Positions 23,369 through 33,689 of a DNA stretch of 53,126 nucleotides are shown piece after piece. The position numbers and the translations under genes were made by a program. The DNA is from Dysgonamonadaceae bacterium. GTDB lineage: Bacteria > Bacteroidota > Bacteroidia > Bacteroidales > Azobacteroidaceae. The notes beneath the pieces are model-generated. The model was given only the letters and a program-made list of their open reading frames with translations. It ran no database searches and was not told the DNA's origin. The first letter of the stretch is position 1; each line of letters opens with the position of its first letter. Where the stretch lies: positions 1 to 53,126 of the forward strand of contig JAIRMF010000079.1 of the NCBI GenBank assembly GCA_031258895.1. The letters run 5' to 3'.

Positions 23369-26300
23369 ATGGGAAAAAAATGGCTCAAATTTATGACAGG
23401 ACGCGGCTTTGCGTTCCTACTGTGTGTCGCCTCCCTGTGTGATACGGTCTCTGTTTCTGCCCAGACGGGAGTTATCCTGAAAGGACGGGTGGTCGATACG
23501 CGAGGAGAAGGTATACCGGGTGCACTCGTCAATATTGTCGGAAGTACCAGAGGTAGCGCTACCGATGAAACCGGCGCCTTTGAACTGACTAATGTCGCAA
23601 AAGGTGCGAAATTGCTCGTCACTTCGCTCGGCATGACCGATAAGCATGTGACATTTAGCGGACAGAACGATATCATTGTCGTTATGGAAGAAAAGGCCGA
23701 TGAACTTGCGGAAGTGGTTGTATCCGGATTCGGAGGCCGGCAAAAAAAAGAAAGCGTGGTGTCAGCTATACAGTCTGTTGATGTGAGCGAACTTCGTGTG
23801 CCGAGTAGTAATCTTACAACCGCCTTCTCCGGACGTATCGCAGGCTTGATCTCTTATCAGACCTCAGGTGAACCAGGCGCCGATTCCAATGCTACCTTCT
23901 TCATAAGAGGGGTGACTTCTTTCGGTACGGGAAAAATTGACCCCCTGATACTTATTGATAATATTGAGGTCTCGAAAGATGACCTGGCCAAACTCCATCC
24001 GGATGACCTTCAGTCGTTTTCAATCCTGAAGGATGCTACGGCGACAGCCCTCTACGGTGCACGAGGTGCTAATGGCGTTATTTTCGTGACAACAAAGGAA
24101 GGCAGAGAAGGAAAGGCACGTGTCTCGTTCCGTCTGGAAAACTCGTGGTCGGCCCCGACTTCCAAACTCGAAATGGCGGATGCCGTTACGTATATGAAGA
24201 TGGCTAATGAGGCGAAAAATGCACGGTCACGGTTCTTTTCCCTTGAATATCCACGTTCAGACATCGTTGAAACACAGTCGGGAAAGTATCCGTTCGCATA
24301 TCCGAATGTGGACTGGATGGGAATGTTGATAAAAGATTATACCCAAAGCCAAAGAGCTAACCTGAGTATTTCCGGAGGCGGCAAAGTGGCGCGGTATTAT
24401 GTTTCGGGTTCGTACGGTAATGATGGTGGACTGATGAATGTTGACCGAAAACAAAATTTCAACAGTAATGTCAATTATAAGAAGTATACATTGCACTCGA
24501 ACATTAATGTAAATCTTACTTCATCGACTGAAATGATACTCCGTCTGCATGGCGGTTTTGACGACTATACAGGTCCGCTTGACGGAGGGAGCGACATTTA
24601 CAGAAAAACGTTGCAGGTAAGTCCTGTGCGTTTCCTGCCGTACTACGAACCCGATGCTCAGCGAGCGTCCTCTTCGTGGATATTGTTCGGAAACAGCAAC
24701 AGTTACTCCTTGCCGTTCATGAATCCGTATGCCGATTTGATGAAAGGCTACAAGAACTATTCAAACTCTTCTCTTATGGCGCAATTAGAATTCAAACAGG
24801 ATTTCTCCTCCCTGCTAAAAGGCTTGAGCGGGAGATTGCTGGGAAATACCGCACGGAACTCCTTTTTCGAGAGTAAGCGTTCATACGAGCCGATGTTCTA
24901 CGAGATGAGCTATTTCGATCGTGTTGCCTACGACGCCGGTGTGGGCAGGGGATTAACACCTGGTAAGGATTTCTTCCCGTGGTACTTGTATGAAATCAAT
25001 ACCGGAGCAAAGCAGTGGCTCGGCAACCCCGAGAACACGACAAGTATTGCCAATATTATGTATGGCGAAGCGGCGCTTTCATACGACAATGGATTTGACA
25101 GTCATAACTTTAGCGCTATGCTTGTGGGAACAGGGCGAGAACGTAAGTTCCCCGATCCCGATCTTATTAAGTCGTTGCCGGAACGTAACCTTGGTCTGGC
25201 CGGCAGGTTTACCTACAATTTTGACACGAGGTATTTTGTTGAGTTCAACTTCGGTTACAATGGCTCCGAAAAATTCGACGAAACCCATCGGTGGGGCTTC
25301 TTCCCCTCATTCGGCGGAGGGTATCTTATTTCTAATGAAAAATTCTGGACTCCTCTCAAGGATAAGGTTAATCTCCTGAAACTGAAATATACTTATGGTT
25401 CGGCAGGTAACGATCAGATTTCCAGCCAGCGCTTTTTTTATATCTCCCAAATCGAAATGGGTAAGCCCGATGACGATAATATCGGAGGAAAAGGCTTTAA
25501 GGATGGTGAGGGCTTCGGAATTACGGGAAATGGCGCTTTTTCTAACATGGAAGGTCCAAAAATTATTCATGAGTTAAACAAAAAAATAACATGGGAAATT
25601 GCTTACAAGCACAACTTGGGCCTTGAATTCGGACTCTTCAACAAAATCAACATCCAGGCGGATATCTACAAGGAACACCGCGTGAATATACTTCAGGAAC
25701 GTGCAGATATTCCGGTCAATATCGGTCTGTGGTCGATCCCCCTTGCCAACGTTGGCGAATCCAGAACCGAAGGCGGCGAACTTTCGCTCGACTATAATCA
25801 TTCATTCTCAAAAGATTTGTGGCTTACGGCTCGGGCTACTTTTACGTACGCACATTCGGAATATAGCTATTACGAAGAACCGGATTATTCGGCTATCGGA
25901 ATCCCATGGCGTTCGAAGATCGGACGTACCACAACACAAGAAGAGGGCTACATAGCAGAACGCCTGTTTATTGACGAGGCTGATATTGCTAACTCGCCGA
26001 AACAGGAAAATGTAATGCCGGGCGACATTAAATATATGGATCTGAATGAAGACTTTGTAATCGACGACCGCGACAAACGCGGCATCGGCAACCCGACGAC
26101 TCCGGAAATGAACTATGGATTCGGATTTTCATTCGGGTATAAGAGCGTCGACGTCTCTGCGTTCTTTCAGGGCGCCGGACTCTCGTCGTTCTTTATAGAC
26201 CCCGAAAAAATGATGCCGTTTCTGATGACAAAAATCGACAACGACACCCGTTACGTCGAAAACGGTCTGGCGCAGTTTATTGTCGACGATTATTGGTCGG

Positions 26301-26614
26301 AAACAAACAATAATCCCTTTGCTCGCTGGCCACGCTTGGCAGATACCAAAGAAAACTTCAAGAACAACCTTGAAAAAAGTACATATTGGATGTACGACAA
26401 CAAATACTTGCGTTTCAAATCAATAGAATTGGGGTATTCGCTTAACGACAAACTGGTTAAGAAGTTGCACCTTGGTTCTCTACGTTTTTACTTGAGCGGC
26501 ACCAACATTTGGTTGTGGAGCAGTTTCAAGATTTGGGACGTAGAACTTGGCAATAACGGACTTAACTATCCGTTACAGCGTACAGTTAATGCAGGTTTAA
26601 ACCTTACGTTTTAA
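23369..26614 (+). CDS. susC: SusC/RagA-family TonB-dependent transporter
   Basis: CarboxypepD_reg-like N-domain, EVVV.G.G.QKK, plug motif ILKDATATALYGARGANGVI..TTK, YNGSEKF, WGFFPS, C-terminal YPLQRTVNAGLNLTF. Confidence 0.95.
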   Translation: MGKKWLKFMTGRGFAFLLCVASLCDTVSVSAQTGVILKGRVVDTRGEGIPGALVNIVGSTRGSATDETGAFELTNVAKGAKLLVTSLGMTDKHVTFSGQNDIIVVMEEKADELAEVVVSGFGGRQKKESVVSAIQSVDVSELRVPSSNLTTAFSGRIAGLISYQTSGEPGADSNATFFIRGVTSFGTGKIDPLILIDNIEVSKDDLAKLHPDDLQSFSILKDATATALYGARGANGVIFVTTKEGREGKARVSFRLENSWSAPTSKLEMADAVTYMKMANEAKNARSRFFSLEYPRSDIVETQSGKYPFAYPNVDWMGMLIKDYTQSQRANLSISGGGKVARYYVSGSYGNDGGLMNVDRKQNFNSNVNYKKYTLHSNINVNLTSSTEMILRLHGGFDDYTGPLDGGSDIYRKTLQVSPVRFLPYYEPDAQRASSSWILFGNSNSYSLPFMNPYADLMKGYKNYSNSSLMAQLEFKQDFSSLLKGLSGRLLGNTARNSFFESKRSYEPMFYEMSYFDRVAYDAGVGRGLTPGKDFFPWYLYEINTGAKQWLGNPENTTSIANIMYGEAALSYDNGFDSHNFSAMLVGTGRERKFPDPDLIKSLPERNLGLAGRFTYNFDTRYFVEFNFGYNGSEKFDETHRWGFFPSFGGGYLISNEKFWTPLKDKVNLLKLKYTYGSAGNDQISSQRFFYISQIEMGKPDDDNIGGKGFKDGEGFGITGNGAFSNMEGPKIIHELNKKITWEIAYKHNLGLEFGLFNKINIQADIYKEHRVNILQERADIPVNIGLWSIPLANVGESRTEGGELSLDYNHSFSKDLWLTARATFTYAHSEYSYYEEPDYSAIGIPWRSKIGRTTTQEEGYIAERLFIDEADIANSPKQENVMPGDIKYMDLNEDFVIDDRDKRGIGNPTTPEMNYGFGFSFGYKSVDVSAFFQGAGLSSFFIDPEKMMPFLMTKIDNDTRYVENGLAQFIVDDYWSETNNNPFARWPRLADTKENFKNNLEKSTYWMYDNKYLRFKSIELGYSLNDKLVKKLHLGSLRFYLSGTNIWLWSSFKIWDVELGNNGLNYPLQRTVNAGLNLTF

Positions 26615-26626
26615 TCAAAAATAAAG

Positions 26627-28810
26627 ATGAATAGTATGAAAAAATATTTCAAAATAAGAAGTCTGATGAAATATCTGATGGTGATGCCTTTCTTTATGGT
26701 ATTATCGTGCAGTGACTTCCTTGACGTTGTGCCTGATAACATCCCGACTCTTGATTATGCTTTTCTCGACAAGACGCAGGCAGAAAATTATCTTGCCTCT
26801 TTGTTTGCTTTTATGCCGAAGACAGGCAGCCCGGAATCAAACCCGGCACTTGTAGGATGCGATGAAGTATGGTTCGGAGAACGCACTTCGGGGGTGAATA
26901 CAGACCTCTGGCGGCATGTAGCACGCGGGGTAAACATGTCAAATGATCCACATCCTAATTATTTCTCTTCCTACCTCAAAGATAAGGATGGAAAAGACAG
27001 TGAAGACCTCCACGGTGGGGAATTTCTTTTCACTGCCTTGCGTGACTGCAATATTATGCTCGAAAACATCTGGAAGCCCTACGACCTGTACAGTGATACA
27101 CGAGGCCGTTGGATAGCGGAAATAAAGTTTCTGAAAGCGTACTACCATTTTTGGTTGCTCAGAATGTACGGTCCTATTCCGCTTATCAAAGTAAACTCCA
27201 CAATCGACGAACCCGCTACCGCCACCCGTGAACCGGTGGATGACTGTATCGACTACATAGTTCAGCTTCTTGATTCGGCTTGTGTAGAAGGCGGATTGCC
27301 CGAAGAACTTGCCTCGCCGGGAATCGACGCCGGACGTCCGACCATCCTGATAGCTAAAGCGTTGAAAGCACAAGTGCTGACCTATGCGGCGAGCCCGTTA
27401 TTCAACGGCAATGAAATTGCCCGCACCGACGGAAGGTCTAATCCTCTCGGACAGACCTACAAAGATCTTTTCCCGACTTACGACATACAAAAATGGATTC
27501 ACGCAAGGGACGCCCTTCTTGATGCGATAAATTTAGCCCATGAGCAGAAATACAAACTCTATCGTTTTGAAGATGATATGATGCCGGATACGGTATCGGG
27601 ACGCGTTCTTCTCCGTAGGCCTACGATTGATGCGATGCAAGTGCGTGGCGCAGTCACGGTTCACGAGAGTTTTTTAGGTTGGAACAGCGAACTGATTTGG
27701 GGTGACCCGCGCGGATGCAAAACCATTCATCAGTCTTGTATCCCCTTGTTTGGCTATTTAGGCGGAAACACATCAAGCATGGGCGGTGGAACGATTCATC
27801 ATAACTATGCTCCCACACTTGACATAGTAGAACAGTTCTATACTAACAACGGTCTTCCGATTGCCGACGACATTAAATGGCAGGCGTCAAACGCAAACTG
27901 GACGGACAAGACTGAAACCGGACTTTACAGTCTGCGTGGGATTCCCGACTACAAAATGCATCCCGATGTAGGCTGCATCATGGTCAGAGGCAAGGAAAAT
28001 ACCAACGATACAGCCACAGCAGTGTTGCATTTCGACCGTGAGCCGCGTTTCTACGGAGCGATAACCTTTGCCCGCGCCCGCCATTACGGATTGGCGTATT
28101 CGATGTGTTACCGCGATACCAGTGCATTCTGGGACGACCAAGCTGTTAACTGGTTTGCTAACTTCAATTTCCGCAATGCCGAACGTTTCCCGATTACCGG
28201 ATACATTTGCAATAAACTTTCAAGTTATCTTGATATGTATCCCACACAGGGAACGGGAGTCAGCCTCCACGTTCAGGAAGGAAATCCTGCACCGACGAGG
28301 CAAGATTATCCATTCCCGATAATTCGCCTTGCCGATCTTTACCTGATGTATGCCGAGGCTCTTAATGAAACAGGTGACAAGGCCGGAGCTATTGCATACG
28401 TGGACAGCGTACGCCGGCGCACGGCAATACCGACAATAGAGGAAAGTTGGACGTCCTCCGCGTCGGATGGTAAAGTGACCGATTTTGACGGTGTTACGCG
28501 CCACGATTACAACACGACAGAAGGATTGCGCTGCATTATCCGCCGTGAACGTCTCAATGAACTTGCCTTCGAAGGTGTACGTTTTTGGGATTTGCGTCGG
28601 TGGATGATTGCGAAAACCGTACTGAACAAGGAAATTCGCGGATTGAACGTTCCTACCAAAGTGCTGATTAACGTAAACATGCCGAATGATTTCTACAAAC
28701 CGCAAACATTGTGGACGATGAGATTTGAAGACAAGGATTATTTCTTTCCGATAAAATTAAATTCTGTCATCAAGAATGTCAATCTTCTGCAGAGTCCACA
28801 TTGGAAGTAA
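26627..28810 (+). CDS. susD: SusD/RagB-family lipoprotein
   Basis: Lipobox VLSC-SDFLDVVP; FLKAYYHFWLLRMYGPIP, REPRFY, RLADLYLMYAEALNE, ERLNELAFEG.RFWDLRRW, Q.P.W end. Confidence 0.95.
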   Translation: MNSMKKYFKIRSLMKYLMVMPFFMVLSCSDFLDVVPDNIPTLDYAFLDKTQAENYLASLFAFMPKTGSPESNPALVGCDEVWFGERTSGVNTDLWRHVARGVNMSNDPHPNYFSSYLKDKDGKDSEDLHGGEFLFTALRDCNIMLENIWKPYDLYSDTRGRWIAEIKFLKAYYHFWLLRMYGPIPLIKVNSTIDEPATATREPVDDCIDYIVQLLDSACVEGGLPEELASPGIDAGRPTILIAKALKAQVLTYAASPLFNGNEIARTDGRSNPLGQTYKDLFPTYDIQKWIHARDALLDAINLAHEQKYKLYRFEDDMMPDTVSGRVLLRRPTIDAMQVRGAVTVHESFLGWNSELIWGDPRGCKTIHQSCIPLFGYLGGNTSSMGGGTIHHNYAPTLDIVEQFYTNNGLPIADDIKWQASNANWTDKTETGLYSLRGIPDYKMHPDVGCIMVRGKENTNDTATAVLHFDREPRFYGAITFARARHYGLAYSMCYRDTSAFWDDQAVNWFANFNFRNAERFPITGYICNKLSSYLDMYPTQGTGVSLHVQEGNPAPTRQDYPFPIIRLADLYLMYAEALNETGDKAGAIAYVDSVRRRTAIPTIEESWTSSASDGKVTDFDGVTRHDYNTTEGLRCIIRRERLNELAFEGVRFWDLRRWMIAKTVLNKEIRGLNVPTKVLINVNMPNDFYKPQTLWTMRFEDKDYFFPIKLNSVIKNVNLLQSPHWK

Positions 28811-28851
28811 ATAAGCAAACAGATGTTGAATATAACGAATGAAATGTCAAT

Positions 28852-30411
28852 ATGAAAAAATTTTTATTTATTTCACTCTTAGGGTTATCTGCTTTCAGTT
28901 GCACGGATTGGAAGGATCAGTATCCCTATCAGTTAGCTTCCGAGCCTGACGGGGACGCACCGGGAGCGCCTACGATAACCGATATTGTGCCGATAGGGGG
29001 TGGGGTTAAGATCTATTTCACTCCCCCCGATGATGCTGATTTCTTAGGTATAAAAGCCGTTTATGATGTGAACGAAACTCATAAAAATCAGGAGACTTTT
29101 GTGTCTGCAAGCGGCGATTCGGTAAGTGTCGACCACATCATCCTTTCCGGTTTTTCCGGATTGGGAGAAGAGTCAATTCCGGTAACTCTTTATGCTGTTG
29201 ACCATTCAAATAACTTTTCCGAAGGTGTACATAATACGTTTGATCCGTTACCGAGTCCTGTTTACGACATACTCAGCTCGTTGACGACAAAGGATGGTCC
29301 TGCGGGCATCACCGTTCACTGGGAGAATCCCGAGCAGATGGACATTGCGCTAATAATTTCACTGTACGACACGATAAAGCAAAGTTGGGAGCCGGTAGCG
29401 CCGCTGTATTTTGCCCAGGCGCCGGTTGTAACGCGGACAATCAAGGGGATTGCGGTGGACGAAATAACGGCGGACGGCACGTATATCTATTATCCGAAGA
29501 AATACCGTTTTGAGTTCATCGACACTTATGAGAATTATTACCTTGCAAAGGAAGACATTCATACTCCGATAGAAGAGAAGTTTATTTCGCCGCTTGCGGA
29601 GGACGGGACGACGATTATAAGAAAGTTGTTGGAAGTAGGGAAAATTGACGGGGTGGAACAGACCGGATGGAAGTTTCGTGGCGATTGCGGCGGGGGCTAT
29701 ACGGGTTTTGATGCGTCGTTTTTTGCGGAAAACAGCAACGAATCGGAGTTTTGGTGGGACAATGGCGTTGCCGAAGGGAAGGACTACTTTGTATTACCGA
29801 CCGAATTTAACAGTGAGCCGGCTCCGTGGCCGTACTATATGACGATAGATATGGGTACGACAGCGATATACAGCACTTTTAAAGTAGTTATCCAGCCCCG
29901 CGAGCCGCTTGGTTCCGCCACAATGATGACTGATTTTGAGATATGGGCGACGAACTACATAAAGCCTTTGAGTGAATTCCCCGGTCTTGGAGTCAACAAG
30001 CAGCTTTCGAGCATGAGGTATTGGACTTCGTGGGATTCGATTTACACCAACATAATTCATGGGGACTACATAGAACAGCCGCACAAGTATCCCGGTCCGG
30101 GCAAGAAGCTTGAAATAAACGGTACCGATACGACGGTGGTTGACGATCACTATTGGGAGAAGGATTGGGATAAACTTGCCGATTGTGTAGTGCAGCTTCC
30201 GTCCGGCGTTCCGCTTGACGCCAATGGTATTCCGGAGGAAGGTTTGTCGGCGGAGGACAAGGCCATGCTTTTGGCGGGTTTTGAATTTGACTTGACACAG
30301 GACGGTGAATCGAAGGCGTACCGTTACATCAGGATCAAGGTAAAAGGGACTTCATCGGGAGACAAGCGCAGTCGAGTTGATCAGTTAGGTTTTTACGGAA
30401 GGTATAAATAA
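28852..30411 (+). CDS. SusE-position surface lipoprotein, DUF4959/DUF5126/DUF5000-like architecture
   Basis: Lipobox AFSC; GGVKIYFTPP.D.DFLGIKAVY, VTLYAVD.S.N.S, TIDMG, FEIWAT, YRYIRIK (F5/8-like end). Confidence 0.7.
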   Translation: MKKFLFISLLGLSAFSCTDWKDQYPYQLASEPDGDAPGAPTITDIVPIGGGVKIYFTPPDDADFLGIKAVYDVNETHKNQETFVSASGDSVSVDHIILSGFSGLGEESIPVTLYAVDHSNNFSEGVHNTFDPLPSPVYDILSSLTTKDGPAGITVHWENPEQMDIALIISLYDTIKQSWEPVAPLYFAQAPVVTRTIKGIAVDEITADGTYIYYPKKYRFEFIDTYENYYLAKEDIHTPIEEKFISPLAEDGTTIIRKLLEVGKIDGVEQTGWKFRGDCGGGYTGFDASFFAENSNESEFWWDNGVAEGKDYFVLPTEFNSEPAPWPYYMTIDMGTTAIYSTFKVVIQPREPLGSATMMTDFEIWATNYIKPLSEFPGLGVNKQLSSMRYWTSWDSIYTNIIHGDYIEQPHKYPGPGKKLEINGTDTTVVDDHYWEKDWDKLADCVVQLPSGVPLDANGIPEEGLSAEDKAMLLAGFEFDLTQDGESKAYRYIRIKVKGTSSGDKRSRVDQLGFYGRYK

Positions 30412-30432
30412 CTCCGTTACACAGAAAATGCG

Positions 30433-30465
30433 TGAGGGGGTGCCGGATTTTCCGGCACCCCCTCA
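30433..30465. terminator. bidirectional terminator between convergent genes
   Basis: TGAGGGGGTGCCGGA-TTT-TCCGGCACCCCCTCA, perfect 15-bp stem. Confidence 0.85.
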
Positions 30466-30534
30466 GGGTTTTATGCATTGTCTTATCCCGATTTCGTCGC
30501 AATATCTCCCTCTCGTGGTTGTGTCGGAGGACGA

Positions 30535-32214
30535 TTAAATATTGTTGTAAAGATACCTCTTAATGCTCTTTTTGGGCGTTTTTTCAAACTCGTTCGGGTA
30601 TAACTGTATCTCCGCAATCTTCTCGTATGCGGCAACTATATTGTTGAGATCCGCCTTGTTCTTTTCCATGATCAGAGGCAGGTTTTCAGACGAAATCCCC
30701 GTCTGGGCAAGCGATTCGTAGTCAGGATAGACCAGTGCGACAAGTCTGTTGTTCTTCTCCATAACGAGACTCTCCATCACAAAAGGTAAATTGTTGAGCT
30801 TCGCCTCTATTTCCTCCGGATAAATGTTCTGCCCGCTCGAACTCAATATCATACTCTTCAAACGTCCGCGAATGAAAAGATTCCCGTTACGGTCCATAGT
30901 GCCGAGATCGCCGGTGCGAAGCCAGCCGTCATCGGTAAAAATGGCGTCGGTGGCTGCCTTGTTCTTGTAATAACCGGACATAACGTTCTGACCACGCGTC
31001 TGGATCTCGCCCGCGATGTTGTACGGGTCGTCCGAGTCAATGCGCACCTCCATGCACGGCAGTATCTTACCGCAGGAATGGGGTACAAATGCCGTATGAT
31101 CCGCGTCAAAACTGATAAGCGGAGCACATTCGGTCATGCCGTAGCCTACGCAGACAGGAAATTTTATCTTCAACAGAAAATCCTCTACTTCCTGGTTGAA
31201 AGGCGCTCCGCCTATGATCACAAGTCGACATCGCCCACCGAGAGCGGAGATAAGTTTGCGGCGAAACTGTGCGTAGATCTGAGCGTCTAACATCGGAACA
31301 TTTAACGCAAGGCTTATTGCACGTTTTCCAAGCATCGGAAGAATGGTCTTCTTGTAGATCTTCTCGAAAATCAACGGCACGGAAACCACAACCTCAGGCC
31401 TGACCTCGGCAAATGCCTGCAACAGGATTTTCGGTGCAGGCGTCTTGCCAAGAAAAGTTGTATGTACCCCCTCCGTCAATGCGTACAGAAAGTCAAAGGC
31501 TGCGCCGTAGGTATGGGAAAGCGGCAGGAAAGACAGCATCCGATTCCCTTTGCACAGCCCGATTTCATTATGGGCATGTGTCATATTGCCGGACAGGTTG
31601 GAACCGGAAATCATTACCCCCTTGCTGAATCCTGTTGTGCCGGAAGTATAGTTCAAAACCACCGTATCGCTGTCGGGCTGGTTTGAATAGATGATGTTCG
31701 TAGAGCCGAAACCGTTGGGATATTTGCGGTTAAACCTGTCGTCAAGCGTCTGTAAAATCTCGCTCAGGTTCTCGCCTTCCCTCTGGAAAAACAGATGATA
31801 ATCGGTCAGCGAAATAGCGCCTTTCAGTTCCGACATGCTGTCTTCATTCAACGTGTCCCAAATCGAATCGGAGGCAAAAAGCAACATCGAATCCGAATGA
31901 TTGACGATATGGACGATGTCGTTGGAATTAAAATCGTGAAGGATGGGGACAACGATAGCGCCGTAAGTAATGGTGGCCAGATACGCCATCGCCCATCGGC
32001 TGCTGTTTTTCCCAACAATCGAAATCTTGTCGCCCCTGTTGATCCTACATTCCTCGAACAGGATATGGAAGCGGGCAATCTGACGGGCCACATCTCCGTA
32101 CGTAAACACCCTGTCCGTACCGAAATCGCTTATTGCGTCAAATTCGAAATTTTCGGCGAAGCTCCTTTCGTAGAGGTTAATGAATGTTCTTTCCATGGTT
32201 TTTTCCGTTGTCAT
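30535..32214 (-). CDS. long-chain fatty acid-CoA ligase (AMP-binding family)
   Basis: YTSGTTGFSKGVM, GYGMTECAP, GWLRTGDLG, GR.KSMILSSSGQNIYPEEIE. Confidence 0.93.
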   Translation of the reverse strand: MTTEKTMERTFINLYERSFAENFEFDAISDFGTDRVFTYGDVARQIARFHILFEECRINRGDKISIVGKNSSRWAMAYLATITYGAIVVPILHDFNSNDIVHIVNHSDSMLLFASDSIWDTLNEDSMSELKGAISLTDYHLFFQREGENLSEILQTLDDRFNRKYPNGFGSTNIIYSNQPDSDTVVLNYTSGTTGFSKGVMISGSNLSGNMTHAHNEIGLCKGNRMLSFLPLSHTYGAAFDFLYALTEGVHTTFLGKTPAPKILLQAFAEVRPEVVVSVPLIFEKIYKKTILPMLGKRAISLALNVPMLDAQIYAQFRRKLISALGGRCRLVIIGGAPFNQEVEDFLLKIKFPVCVGYGMTECAPLISFDADHTAFVPHSCGKILPCMEVRIDSDDPYNIAGEIQTRGQNVMSGYYKNKAATDAIFTDDGWLRTGDLGTMDRNGNLFIRGRLKSMILSSSGQNIYPEEIEAKLNNLPFVMESLVMEKNNRLVALVYPDYESLAQTGISSENLPLIMEKNKADLNNIVAAYEKIAEIQLYPNEFEKTPKKSIKRYLYNNI

Positions 32215-32240
32215 AGTGTATGTTCGTTTTGAATTTTGAG

Positions 32241-32248
32241 CAAAGATA
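32241..32248 (-). promoter_or_regulatory. sigma-70 -7 element for the acyl-CoA ligase
   Basis: caaagata is the reverse complement of TATCTTTG. Confidence 0.6.
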
Positions 32249-32285
32249 ATGAAAACAATTAAGAACTGAAAACTGACCTGTGTTT

Positions 32286-32316
32286 TTTGCTGTCTGAAAA
32301 TAATATCGTAATTTTG
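32286..32316 (+). promoter_or_regulatory. sigma-70 promoter of yebC
   Basis: TTTG (32286-32289), 19-nt spacer, TAATTTTG (32309-32316). Confidence 0.75.
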
Positions 32317-32352
32317 CGCGCCGGCAGCTAAACGCAGGACCGGTAATTATCA

Positions 32353-33081
32353 ATGGGAAGAGCATTTGAATACAGAAAAGCGACCAAAATGAAGCGTTGG
32401 GGTAACATGGCCCGCGTCTTCACCAAACTCGGCAAACAGATTACTATCGCAGCCCGCGAAAGCGGTTCCGACCCCGAAAGTAATCCCCGTCTGCGTGTGC
32501 TTGTGCAACAGGCAAAGAAGGAAAATATGCCGAAAGATAATGTTGAGAGAGCCATCAAACGTGCCGTTCAGAAGGATGCCGCCGACTACAAGGAAATCAT
32601 CTATGAGGGATACGGCCCGTTCGGCATTGCGATACTTGTCGAAACGGCGACAGACAACAATATGCGAACTGTGGCCAATGTCCGCAGTTATTTCAACAAG
32701 TTTGGCGGTTCACTCGGCACAAGCGGCAGTCTGCAATTTCTGTTTGAACACAAATGTGTATTCAAGGTAGCGCCCAAAGAGAACGTCGACCTTGAGCAGC
32801 TTGAATTGGAACTGATTGATTTCGGTGTTGAGGAAATAGAATTTGATGAAGAAGAAAACGTGATATTCATTTATGGGGAATTTCAGTCCAATTCAGCAAT
32901 TCAGAAATACCTTGAAGAGAACTGCTACGAGATTCACAGCGCCGAATTCGAGTGGATACCGGGTGATTACAGGCAAGTTACCGCCGAGCAGCGCGTTTTG
33001 ATAGAAAAACTGCTTGAAAAGTTCGAGGATGATGATGACGTTCAAAATGTTTTTCACAACATGGAGAGTTCAATAGGGTAG
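32353..33081 (+). CDS. yebC: YebC/PmpR family protein
   Basis: MGRAFEYRKA.KMKRW, NMPKDNVERAIK, YEGYGP.G, TDN..RT..NVR, DDDVQNVFHN. Confidence 0.95.
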   Translation: MGRAFEYRKATKMKRWGNMARVFTKLGKQITIAARESGSDPESNPRLRVLVQQAKKENMPKDNVERAIKRAVQKDAADYKEIIYEGYGPFGIAILVETATDNNMRTVANVRSYFNKFGGSLGTSGSLQFLFEHKCVFKVAPKENVDLEQLELELIDFGVEEIEFDEEENVIFIYGEFQSNSAIQKYLEENCYEIHSAEFEWIPGDYRQVTAEQRVLIEKLLEKFEDDDDVQNVFHNMESSIG

Positions 33082-33170
33082 TAGGGAGATGATAAAACCC
33101 GCACGATCCCTCTCGGTAGGGGAATCATGGCGGCGTGTTTTTATACCTCTTGCACCTGTAATTGAGGAAT

Positions 33171-33212
33171 TCCCGAAGCATAATGAAAAGCTCCCAAAGC
33201 ATAATGAGAGGC
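33171..33212. repeat. two-copy 21-bp tandem repeat
   Basis: TCCCGAAGCATAATGAAAAGC / TCCCAAAGCATAATGAGAGGC (18 of 21 identical). Confidence 0.75.
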
Positions 33213-33402
33213 GCAGTAAGGTTAATACAAAACCTGTAAATCAACAGAGAACGTACCGTCTCCGACGATAATTGCTTGCACGCACTGCTTACGCACACAA
33301 ACATGGTCGGATAAAAATCGTTTCCATGCGACTGAAAATAAGCCGGATTTTTCGGGAAAAATTAAAAAATCAATAACTTTTCGGGAATTTTTCAAAAAAT
33401 AT

Positions 33403-33433
33403 TTTGTCAATTAAAAAATAGTTTGTACCTTTG
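33403..33433 (+). promoter_or_regulatory. sigma-70 promoter of the tRNA-tuf operon
   Basis: TTTG (33403-33406), 19-nt spacer, TACCTTTG (33426-33433), then CACCC; A/T tracts upstream. Confidence 0.85.
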
Positions 33434-33487
33434 CACCCGTTTCGCTCAGATATTCCGACATGGAGCGAATCAGATATTTGACGTCTT

Positions 33488-33561
33488 GCCTCTTTAGCTC
33501 AGCTGGCCAGAGCACGTGATTTGTAATCTCGGGGTCGTTGGTTCGAATCCGACAAGAGGCT
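33488..33561 (+). tRNA. tRNA-Thr(TGT)
   Basis: Acceptor GCCTCTT/AAGAGGC, anticodon loop TT-TGT-AA, GTTCGAATC T-loop; no encoded CCA. Confidence 0.95.
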
Positions 33562-33598
33562 CTGATGAGTTTAAGATAAAAATAAAAGTATGAAAATA

Positions 33599-33681
33599 GG
33601 GCAGATACCAGAGTGGCCAAATGGGGCTGACTGTAACTCAGCTGGCTTACGCCTTCGGTGGTTCGAATCCATCTCTGCCCA
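33599..33681 (+). tRNA. tRNA-Tyr(GTA)
   Basis: Acceptor GGGCAGA/TCTGCCC, CT-GTA-AC loop, long variable arm, GTTCGAATC. Confidence 0.95.
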
Positions 33682-33689
33682 CAAAACAA

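Noticed and set aside
33171-33212. Possible CRISPR remnant
   Set aside because: Only two adjacent 21-bp units, with no spacers and no cas genes.
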